Part shown: piece after piece, positions 38,301 through 50,574 of the stretch
Numbering within the stretch: the first letter of the stretch is position 1
Layout: the number at the start of each line of letters is the position of its first letter
Notes under the pieces: model-generated
Told to the model about the DNA's origin: nothing
Database searches by the model: none
Seen by the model: the letters and a program-made list of their open reading frames with translations, nothing else
Made by a program: the position numbers and the translations under genes
DNA from: Diadema antillarum
Taxonomy: Eukaryota
Length of the DNA: 64,000 nt
Assembly (NCBI RefSeq): GCF_040938485.1
Contig: NW_027272988.1
Span: 1 to 64,000, forward strand
Direction: 5' to 3'

Positions 38301-41300
38301 GTGCCTTTTTATAGAGCTATCTAACGCAATACGCTATTCTCTTTGCGTTTCTCCGTCTGTCGGTAGCGCCTTTCGAATAACGATGTACGTGTATCATTCG
38401 TGCTATACAGGCAAGCAAACTTATTGTGTGTATAGTTTTAACGATGAGCGAAGCCATTATGATAGAAGGCACGCAGAATGAAATGGCGTCATTGGGCCTA
38501 AACGGTCATTTCGCCCAACGATAATTCAGGGTGCGCCCGGGGATTTTATTTTGTGCTTCTCTGCGTATGGAAGAATGGTTTATAAGTAGCCTTAACATAC
38601 GAACCATTTTGTTCACGGTGAGCTTTCTTTTCTTTACTGTGCAATGACACATGCACAGGAAAACCAGTAGCAGAAATAGCTAACGAACGAAGCGAATACA
38701 AATGTAACTAAATGACCGCGTAAAAACGCCCAGAGAATGGGTTTAGAGCGTATATTTGCGAACTGTGTAAAGAGAAGGATGATTATTTCCATTCTTCCTT
38801 TCAGATGAAGTGTAAATATTTGATTTGTTGCTCCATGTTTTACAGTCATACGAAAAGATGCGGAATACTCGGCCACATGTCGCCACAAAACACACTGATT
38901 AGCAGACGATCATTCAAAGTGGTAAATTAAGCCCCGTCTTAAAGGTTTATTCTCGATTAGCAAAGACACCGTGAATGAAATTAAGTTTCACTTCAATGCA
39001 ATACTAAGTTTTGCTAAGTTATCTACGTAGCATGAAATGGAAACAACGAATATAATCATATCAGAGTTAGAGAGTAACTAATGTATATGTGCATGGAATA
39101 TCAGTGATGATCATGGTGCACATAATTTAGATTGCCAAATAGACGCAAATAGATGATCCTTATCAAAAAGATTACGTCCGATTTTATGACGGATTTTGAT
39201 AAATGCGTAGTGAGTTAGCATCCATTGCGAATGAAATCCCAAACCAGCTTTTCATTTTTTTAACCTTCGTCATGGATGATGAGAGTGAAAAGTAGGAAAG
39301 TAATATAGCAATTCTTATTATGTAAATTAGTGAGTTTCGTAACTGTATACTCCTTATTCAAAGAGCACTCGTAGTGTATGAAACTCTGTTACATTTTTTC
39401 TTGTCGCAGACCAGTTTATTTTCCCCCTACAAATTAGAAGATAAAAAGCGCTTCTGTCTAAGTCTATACGATTTTCATAATTTTACATCATGTAGTAAAT
39501 AAATTGACAACTCCATGCATAGATTTGTTGAATGTATTGTGGTCCTTTAGAAGAGAAGCCAATACTCTAAAAACCCATTAACCAATTACAGTGCATGCGA
39601 AAGCCGCGGTCACACTGGCAAAAGATAGAGATCTCAAAAATCTTCGCGATCTTTTGCCAGTGTGACCGCGGATAAAGATGATGACATAGGAGGCTTACGT
39701 GGTTAAAGCCCCCGTTCACTATGCCGTTCTCGCTACGATTTGACAATTTTCTCAGATCGGGAAGGATCGGGTAAAACCTGAGCCGATCTGGACACAGTAC
39801 GATGTAAGAACGCTCTAAGAACGCTGCAGTTACGACTACCACGTGCTTGCCACGCTCTTACTACGATGATCGGGATTGAGACATTACAGTTTCTGCCGCT
39901 GCAGTTACGCTTTAGAACGATGTAGCTATCGCTGTCAGCGCGATGTTGCCGATGTTATCCGATCGATACACGCTGTTTTACGCTCTGAACGATCTATACG
40001 ATCTTATCATGCTGTTACCCCGTCCAGAGAGCTGAAAAGTGCCCGATGTGCCCTGATGTACCCCGATTCGACTGTCGATCCTCAGTCAGTCAACTTATTA
40101 GCATGCAGAACCAAAGAAATATACTCTGGACCTCGAAGAGGCTCCTCAACTCACTGTTCTTTTGCAGCAATGCATTGTCAATCAAAGACGTGCTGATCTT
40201 TCCAAGGTTTTTTCTTGATGTCCTTGCTTTTATAGTCCGTCTTCCTCCATTTGTAGATGATTTCATATTCTTCAAAATTCTATACTATGTCCTGTTCTTT
40301 CTCCTCTGTTAGCATCTCGTGCAGTCTCTCTGACTTTCTTCGCCTTTTGGGTAGCTGCTTCACTGCTTTCTTCTCTTCTTTTTCTTCATCTCTTCTTGTT
40401 CTTCTTCGAAAATTTGATGTCCTTCTTCTTCATATTCTGCCTCGACAGGTGCAGCGACAATGTCCTCCTCCTCAACAGTTTTGCCTCTCGATCTGTGTGA
40501 TCTTCTTCTGGCAGACATTTTGGCTGTGATTTTTCTGGCGTATCGGCTGCGTCCCTTTTAGAGCGGCGAGAGAGGAGGACGTGCGTAATTGAGTCTGGGA
40601 AGGCGTAGGAACAGCGTATACTGCGGAAACAGCGTAACTAAAGCGGGAATGAAGCGTACTGAGAGCGGCGTAGGAACGGGCCTTGATTCTATATACGAGA
40701 GTAGAGAACTAGTGAGAGCGGCGTTAAAGCGGGAAGATCGTGTTTTGATCCTGAAGGGAAGAGCGGCGCAGCAGCGGGACCACGTCGGTGTGTAACTTTA
40801 CTTCCCGTCCATTGCATTACCGCTTGCTTAACAAGTTCACCTGTGTAGAATTTATGCTTTCTTTTGTTCTGCTTCCTTGAACCCCTACTCATGCATTCCA
40901 TGGCAAAGCTGTCATGCATGTCATCATCCTTTCTCATTGTGATTTGTAACTAAATTTTGAAGACATGCTTTTTAATTCCTTATCCCAATCACTGTAAAGT
41001 CTGAAACTCTGAACCGAGTGACCGATTTATAGTTTTTCAAATGTAAAAGTCATTCGGAAGTTTTAAGCAGAGACGCAAGTTTGAAATCGCACTGGCATCA
41101 CTGTTTCGTATGAGCGAAAGCGCCATCAAGGATGAAAATCAATGATCGTGTGCACAACGCATCTGAGTTTTGTTGAAGGGTAGAATATATGCGATAAGAA
41201 ATATAACCTATTATAGGGATTGTGTGCAATTTTAGAATGGGAAAAGATGATTTTCGTGATTACGCTATAAAGATAAGAACAGCTTGAAATATGAAGCTTG

Positions 41301-44300
41301 GACTTAATTTCACAACGACCGATGTCAGTCGTCTATATATCCAAACATCTTTCTGTATGCTTTTTCTTTGCGATATACAATTGACAAATAAACGAGACAG
41401 CCTTGCTGTGATGAACGATGAATAAAAAAAAAATGATACCCTAATTTGATGCCATCTGACTTGATTTGGACTTCATACGGAACTACAGTGTTAATAACAA
41501 GCTTTCGCGCTGTTGTGTAACGTAGGTGTAAGCAGAATGATAATCGTTCATTAAACATGGTTGGTGATTGTATGAAAAATAAAAGACCTCGAAAAATTTC
41601 AGAATTTTATTGTTGCGCACAGTCGATTGGGATGCCTTCTCGTCTCATGCAATCACTGTTCTGCTCTGAGAACATGGTGCTTAATTTACCTTTTTTATTC
41701 CAGAGCTCACCGATCTCGACCATCGACTGAGGATTGAACTTAACCCTCTCAGAACCAAGCAGATGTTCGCCAGTATTTCTATCCCCTGTTATAAAACCCG
41801 TGACATTATTTCTGGACTTATACCTTGTCGATTTCGTGGCGAGGTAGTGACATTTTAGCTAGATTTTTTAATGATCTTTGTTCGTGATGTTTGACCTTTG
41901 ACTACTGTCATTTCAGGCGATGTCGATTTATTTCTACCCATCTTATTACTCAGTGTACCACCAGTGAACATTCCTTGCTGAAGTTAGGGCTCGAGAACGA
42001 TATTTTTACCAAGACTGCAGTGACCTTTAACCTTGACTTATTACCTTTGACCAGTACCATGTTCATGCATTCATTTATTTATATTGAATATTTATAATCA
42101 ATATATTCTCCATGTCCGACTTACATTGTCACTGAATATTTTCTGCAGCTGATGTAACGATATGAAATTCCTTTGTTTTCCAAAAAAAAAGTACAGTGAC
42201 TTTTGAGCGTGACTTATGACCTTTCGTCCCTATTATATCATTAATTTGAATGTAAATCTATTTGTATATGGACAAGTCCAAGCTATTTTGCACCAGTAAC
42301 GCGTGGGACATCACAAGAAGATTTAGCCCTATATTGCACTGTTAAGATTGAAACTTCATATGTTGGCCTGCTTTTGATATAGCTAGTAGGTATCTTCATT
42401 CAAAACAATAGAAATAATGAGAATCACGCGTTCAGTATTTAATTTATGCAAATTTATTCTCCAGTAACGCGTGGGACCAGAAAGATTGTCCTTTTTCTTC
42501 TTTTACTTTTTATCTCAATTATTGTGAAAATACTTGGTAGACTATTTTATACAAAATCATTACAAACATCTTTTCTACAACAATAACTGTACCTGAAACA
42601 AAATATTTAAGAAAAAAAATCATGAAACTGTTTTCTCTCAAGGTCAATTATAGAAAGATATGTATAGTAACGCGTGGGACAAGTAACGCGTGGGACACTT
42701 TTGTCACTATGAATATTGTGATGTGAATTGCACATTTACTCAGAGAAACTTTAATATGTGGTACTAATTATCTAAATAGATGTATTTCTAATAAATTCTT
42801 GCAAATTTCAATGATTTAGACCCACCAGAACAATAGATATAATAAAAAATATGAAATGCCTGTGTTATCCTTTATTTTTTGACATTTGACTTTGAATGTG
42901 ACCTTGAAAATAGCATGTAATGATCTTCTGTGAATTATTTACCCAAAGTGGAACTTTTCACCAAAGTTCAAGTCAGAATTCAGAAAATTACAAAAAATCC
43001 CTCAATAATGTACACATTTCCCATAGAAGACTAAGATTCAGTACACTTCCACTGACTTGTACACAAATCGTCCCACGCGTTACTAAATTTAATTAAAAAT
43101 TGCAAGTATGAGATTTATCAGACTAACTTTTTATCTCTTGGATATGATTAGGTCCATTGTGAATTGGGTCTTTTGAAAGTTTCAAGTCAATTAAATCATT
43201 AACTTTTATGCAAATGAGAAATAATGACCTAAAAAAGTAACGCGTGGGACATGCTAATTTTGGCCCATCCCTCATTTGCATATTTAATCAGTTGAGAATC
43301 TGAAAATCACAGTCATGATAACTTGTTATTCAGACTTAATAGACTCACCATACTTATTTTCATAAAAACGTTTAAAAATTAAAAGATGTATTTTAAAATG
43401 CAGAATTTTTGAATGTCCCACGCGTTACTCTAAATTTTGATTTATGCAGATTGATTAATTCATTGCTGGTTATGCGGAAGGATTTTTACTTTTTCTTTTT
43501 GAAATTCATGTATTTTAACTTCTTAGCTTTAAAATGATTCCAAGTTTATGCAGATTGACCCATTTTGAATTTTCAGTCTTGTGTGATCAAATAGCTTGGA
43601 CTTGCCCATATAGATGACGTTACAATAAGAAAATGCAATTTTTAGCCAAACAGAGGGAATTTGTCCAAACTAATCAGTGCAGCGCACCTACTGCTATACG
43701 CCCGTATATAGCGCACGCGGAACAGGTGCACTGAATACCAAGAAAATCCAGTCAGAGCATAGAGCTACGCCATGGTCAGATGTTACCATGGCATTATGAG
43801 ATGTAGGAAGGACAGACGGTCGGACGGCCGACCCGAAAACAGAATCCGGCACCCTCAGGGTCGAAGACATATAAAAAGAAGTGAATGCCTACTATTAAGG
43901 CTGTAGGCCCAAAATGGTTGGGACAGAAATAAGAGTAGCACTTCTTTAGCACTCGTGAATATGACAAATTAAATCAAAGCTATATATAAATACGTACGGA
44001 TGAGAATACTATGAATATTCTAAATGTTTAAAAAATAATGATATTTAACCCTTTCAGAAGATATCAAAATTCGTATGTCCAAGCAATATTCTACTTTTAG
44101 ACCTGAATGGCGTATAATTTTCATTTTTCTTTTTACACCCTATAGGAAAAAGGAATATGATGAGTGAACCAGAGCTGAACAAGAATGGATTGATGATGTA
44201 TATGTTTTCATTACGTTTATCACTATCATCATCTTATCATTATACCCAGTATTTTTACCCCCACCATGATTACATGGTTATTTCAGTGTAAAGTAGGGTT

Positions 44301-47300
44301 CAACGAGCGATGTTCGTTATTCCGAAGGTTTGTTTATCCGAAAATGACATATGGATTGGTGATATAAATGGGGTGGTTATTCCGGAGGTTCGTTAATCGG
44401 AAAATGAAAGAAGGGTCGCTAATATTTTGAAGGTTAATTCGTTATCCGATAATGAGGTACGGTTCTTTATTCTGAAGGATCGGCAATCCAAAAATAAGAT
44501 AAGGGTCGTTATTCCAAAGTTCCATTATTCCGAAGGTTCGTTCTTCCAAAGGCTCGTTCTTCCGCGAAGGTTCGTCAATCCGAAAATTAAATGTAATGTT
44601 CATTATGAATAATCTTTGGCGAAATTGTAGGTGGGGATCACCGTTTCTGGGGAGAAGTTAGGAGGATGGGAAGGGGCTGATCTAGCAGGACCAGGGAGCA
44701 CACATGATCCTTTTTAAGGGAGTGTCCCGCACACGGATGTGTGATTTTTTTTTTCTCCAATGCCTTTGAGTGGCCTCTTATAATACTTGTTTCTTTGTCA
44801 TGCATGGCCCATCCTCATGATGTACAAGAGGGGAAGGGTAAAGCATACGATGGAGGAGGAGGAGAAAATACTTCCTTATTTCAGCAATAATTTCACAATT
44901 ACAAATTACACTTCTGTTCATGTTGGTAAATACATACACCTATGTATATCGTTTGTGCTTGTGTTTTACGTGTATGCGTTTATGTGTGTGTATGTTTATG
45001 GGGGTGTGCTTGTTTCATTTCTTAATATCCTATCATTTTTATTAGATATAGATATAATATATTAACGTGTTCTGTCACTAAATGAAGTTTATTTCAGTTT
45101 TGAAATTGCGAACCTCTTATTTCATTTCCGGATTAACAAACCTTCGGAATAACGAACGTAATTTCATTTTCGGAATTACTAACCTTCGGAATAAGCATAA
45201 CAAACCTAATTATATCTCATTTTCGGACTAACGAACCTTCGGAATAAAAAACCTTAGAAATTACGAATTGTAACCAGATTAAAGTTTTATCATTATTATT
45301 ATTCAAATAAAAAATTAGCTTTCAAAAGAGGTGAATGAAATTCCGTTGCAGGTGAGATTTGAATTATGACTTTAAAGGGGATGGCTGTACGTAACTGATC
45401 GGTGGGAATCAGTGGAAATGCTATAGGGGATGGTTGTTCCAATCCTTGTGGGATTCATTTAAGAGTACATTATATATCTATTGTTGTGTTAAAATTATTC
45501 TTAACGATCGCCCCGTCACTGGATACAGGCATGCTATCCTGGAAACATTAAACTGCACATTACTTGAATATGAGACCATTCTGAAGCAAATAATTTTCAC
45601 ACAACAATAGATATATCGTCGGTTGAGAATGATAAAGGCGTTAAGTTGCCACAAAACCCATAGTGTTCGAGACAACTTAAAGCCCTTCTCATTCTCAACA
45701 GACGATATAATGTACTCTTAATGAATCCCACAAGGATTGGGACAGTCATCCCCCAGCATTCCCACTGATTCCCACTTATCAGTTATACTAACCATCCCCT
45801 TTAAGTAATTTCAGGTTCCATCTTAAAGAACGATATAGCCGCAGTCCAACACTTATCATTAACACTAAAGATAGAGCCGATCTACAAAATGCTAATATCA
45901 TGCAATGTGATCAGTACCATTGTTGTTTTGTTTTGTGCAGTCTTTTGTAAATGTTTGTATTTTCTCCATATTCTGTACAAACTTTTTCTCATTATGTGTG
46001 CTTATTTTTACCTTGTTCTTTCATTATTGTGCAGGGTTAATACTGTTAAATGGTGCGCAAGGACTAGCTTGCACAACAGCCACGGATTCAGCAAGTTCCT
46101 TCTATCACCTCGTTGAACGAAATTGAAATGAATTGACAAGAAATGAAATTAAAATTGCTATACCTGTCTAACTAGTGATTGAAATTGTAAGACATTATTG
46201 TATCCTTCTAATGTTTAAAGACACGTGAACTTCAAAACGGAAAAAAAAATCCAAGGGGACAAGTAGCTGGTGGATGCCATGGTGTGATTGAGTTCTTGGT
46301 ACAATTTATATTGGGAGTGCAGGTATTACCGAAGGTTTGTTCTCCGTTTGTTCAAGTGTTCCATTTGATAATGAACCACTTTGGTCCAGCAACATATCCT
46401 CCTTGGGGAATTTGGGTGCAACCAGTCATTCATACTAAATATCCATCTAGCTGCAATTAAGTTTGTTACTGTTTATCTCGTCTTTCTTTTGTATCAGAAA
46501 CTCTTCTGAAACATTCGCTTACCACCCTGCCGGTAACTGTAGCAGACTTCTTAATCTGCAGGTCTGAGTTTCAGGCAAGTGAGTATAGCGTGAAATCATA
46601 TTGTCCTTTTTCGCTACTAGTATATTGAAGTTGCCTCGCATTCTGTCGAATGTGCTATACTTTGTATACGTAGTGAGCCTTGACTGAATACTGTGGCGCT
46701 GAAGAGTCCAAATTCCGCTTGACATGACCCGAAAACCAGAACAACGACGTATACAAGTTGTATATAAGCGTGTATGCTTATTAAAATCAGAACCGGTGGA
46801 CGGACCCAGGTCCCTGAACGAGAGATTTAGCGGTGATAGGAAAGCTGAGAAGTACGAAGTGAATGATGAAGTATCTGCTCAATTTTCGTCGAGTGTCGGA
46901 TTAGTTCCGAAGTCGGGTATGGAGTCCTCAGAGTAATTCAGATCATTGCATAAAAACAACTTCAAAGACAACACCTATAACAAAAAGAACAAGAATGTAG
47001 AAAGGTAGAATCGTTAAAGCCGTGACAGCGACTTCATTTCCATTATCAGATTGTAGCCATAATCCAGTTGGCACACTCTCCAGAGTATCTGTACGGTGTT
47101 GTACATGACTGAAAATCAGGTTGTTGTTTTTTCACAGCCATTGATTCGCAAGTCGTAAATCACATCCCTATATCCCATCTCCTTATTTCGGCTCAATCCT
47201 CAGCCTTCATTAAATTCCTTTTAGTACCATCATGCAGGCAAAACACAAAATCTCGTTATCCTGATCACAGCTTAAAGGGGACCCCCATGCAGGCTTAAGA

Positions 47301-50108
47301 AGACTTGTTTATATGTTTTAGTGTTTTAGATCAATGTCAATAAGCGTTCTACATGACCCTCTTTTTGTGAAAAGAAAAACGAGAAATAATTGATGGCGTC
47401 TATTATCGGGTGTATATGAACTCCGTGTGCCACTTTATAGACTGTTTATGCGTTTTAATGCTGCGCGTACATTCAATGTTTATCAATTTTGAAATATCTT
47501 GTCCACAGAATCAACTTTTGTACTGTGCAAGGGAGTTTTTGCTTCAGAATGGAAGCGCTGTACAGGACAGAGAGTAGCAGCCGTGCTCCTACAACTCCGA
47601 CGACGACGGAGGCGAAACAATGGAAATATGATCTCGACATTCTATGAATAAACGATGGAATATAGTATATTTGCTCTACTCTCCTATAGCGAAGGATTCT
47701 TTTTACACGTTATGTCCATACATTCTCTCTTTTCTTTTCTTTTCTTTTTTTCTTGGGGGGGGGGGTCAAATTTTTCACTAATCAATGCATTTGGTTAATT
47801 ACTTATTCATGTGTTCCACATTGTTTTTGCGGAGCAGAAGCGAGGCATCGGCGTCATATTTCGTCGTCGTTGTTGTCGTCGGCGTCATCGGCGCTGTCAA
47901 CAAAGTAGTGTGCTCTCTCTAACTTTCCACAGCTTTGACCTATGACCACCAAACTCACACCACAGCTACATAACCTAAAAATGCCGGTCATTTTCGCACA
48001 TAGGTGAAGTTGGACAAGTTCAAAGGTCAAAAGGTCAATGAATTTGCCCTGATATGCAATCTACTCACAGGTTTGTCGTGTACTCCCAATGACTTTCCAT
48101 AGATTTAAGGCATGACTACCAAACTCACACCACAGGTGCCGGTATAGATGCCAACCAGGTGTGAATATGGGTGAAGTCCAACATGGTCAAAGTTCAAAAC
48201 GACAATGAACTTTCCTTGATAAGCTATATTCACAGCATCGTGGTATTTATGTACTCTCAATAACTTCCACAGATTTGAGCTATGGCCACCGAACTCACAC
48301 CAAATTAAGATGTCGGTCAAGGCCGAATATGAGTAGATTCGATGAGTAAGTTCAAAGGTCAAATGGTCAATGGTCGGTGAACTTTAAATGGTCAGCAATA
48401 TACACATAGTGCTGTGGTCTTTTCTCAATAACTTTCCACAGCCAGAGGTAGGACTGCATAACCTAAAGATGCCGGTCTGATCAAGTTCGAATATGGGTGC
48501 ATTCCAACAAAACTAAGTTCAAAGGTCAAAATAAACAATGAACTTTACCGGATAAGCACTTTACACATAGTGTGGTGTACTTTCAATAACTTTCCACATC
48601 TTTGAGCTATGACCACCTAATTCATACCACAGGTAGGCCTACATCATCTATAGAATATCAGTGAATTCCGATAAAAGGTCAAAAGGTCACTGAACTTATA
48701 AGGACTCTACTCACAGTATTGTGGTGTACTCTCAATTTCCACATCGTTGAGCTATAACGAATGAAAAATTCACACTACAGGTACATCACCGAAAGATCAT
48801 GTTGGTCGTAAGTACGAATATTGGTGAATGATTGTCAATGATAACAAGGTCAAAGGTCAAATTGTCACTGAACTTTCCCTGATAAGCACCATCCTTTGTT
48901 GTGTGCTCATACATGGTCAGGCTCAAATATTGGTGAAGTCGGACAAGGTCAAATGTAGAAAGGTCAATGAGCTTTCATTGAAAAACACTATAGAAATGCG
49001 ATATGCAGGCGAGACATCACTTGGCGTTTGCCTTGTTAGCCAAGTTGTACAGTGAAAAGCGGATTGTGTGAAGAATCTTGGAGATATATAAAATTGTGTT
49101 TCTATAAAGGAGTAGTAAAGCAAGTGTGATGCCGTAGTTATGCAATCGTCGTAAGAGACACCGCTCAAGAAATAAAGGTCGACAGTCCTTACTTCAAACG
49201 TTACGTGATTTCCCTCAATACCTCAAGGATAGGCCTAAGTTGAATTCATTCAGCCTCTTTGAAAATAACTTCTTTGGAAGCGTGTGTATAGGTTGGATTC
49301 CTCCAGACAAAAACATTTTCCTCTCACTTCACTGTAATTCACAAAAACCATACACTTTTTCAGTGTATGAGACGATTATACTTATTGCTTATAGAGACAA
49401 AAAGTAAGTTGACAGGATCTCACCCAGGGGCCACGGAACGTTTTTCAATGTGTGGCGGTTGTGGGCGGGATGAGAACAGGGGCAAGGCTCAATGGTGCCC
49501 CCAACACACACACACCTTTTCGGTTGGGGACGGAACCTTTGGAAAGTGTGGATATTATGTTTTTTTCCGCTATTATTTTACCGAACCCCCCCCCCCCCCA
49601 AAAAAAAAAAAAAAGAATGGGGGGGGGGGGGAGGGGCGTTGAGGGCTCAACCTTCTTCACGTATAAATCGTTACCAAACAAAAACATTCTTTTCGTGTAC
49701 GCCCGGCCTGTTTTCTGTCAATCTATATCTATATATCTATTGATCTATTTATACATTTATCTGTCTATGTTTCTCTGCATTATGATATTATCATACAGCG
49801 TCTCAAAAAGACACACGGACCCGACTTCGAGCAGGAACCGCTGGTGAAAACGCCGCCGTCTGATCTAAACTGCGATTACTGCTCACTTCCCTCAAGCTGT
49901 AACAAGTCAGGAAAGAGAGAAGAACTGCTCGTCTGCAAAGATTGCGGTCTGAAAGGTGGGTGTCTTCCCTATATAGAGATTCGTTGAACAATTCAGTCAC
50001 TATTATTTATTTGTCTGCTTGGCTTCTGTTTTCCATTCCTCGGTGTGCGCTTGGTAAGACAGAAGCGCCGACATGGTAGCGGTGCATTCAGTTCAATTCC
50101 ATTTTATA

Positions 50109-50155
<47 letters not shown>

Positions 50156-50522
50156 TTGTCATTGTTACCGGTGCATTTTTTTAAATGTGAGCTCAAATTG
50201 TAGCATTTTTTTTTCATTGTAAGCAAACAAAATACATGTGTATATACCTATACTCACAATAGTTGTGATGGTAATTGATCAATATCGAAATTACAGTTCA
50301 GGTTGTGCAAATATTAGAGGACCAGTATGACCGCGAAAGGGTGCTACATAAAAGTAAGCTTGTGTGGCTGCAAGTCACAAATAATTGGCGGTTATGACAA
50401 ACAAAACAAAACAAAATAAAACAAAGCAAAACAAATGACGAAGAGAAAATTAAAAGTTTAAACCAGATCGAATAATAACATCAAATAAGGAGAATGATAT
50501 ATGGCCTATATACGGTATACAT

Positions 50523-50574
<52 letters not shown>

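Noticed and set aside
42296-43432. Recurrent 15-bp motif, and the TTCGTTATTCCGAAGG arrays elsewhere, considered as CRISPR-like
   Set aside because: Irregular spacing, both orientations, inside TIR elements, eukaryotic context, no cas genes.
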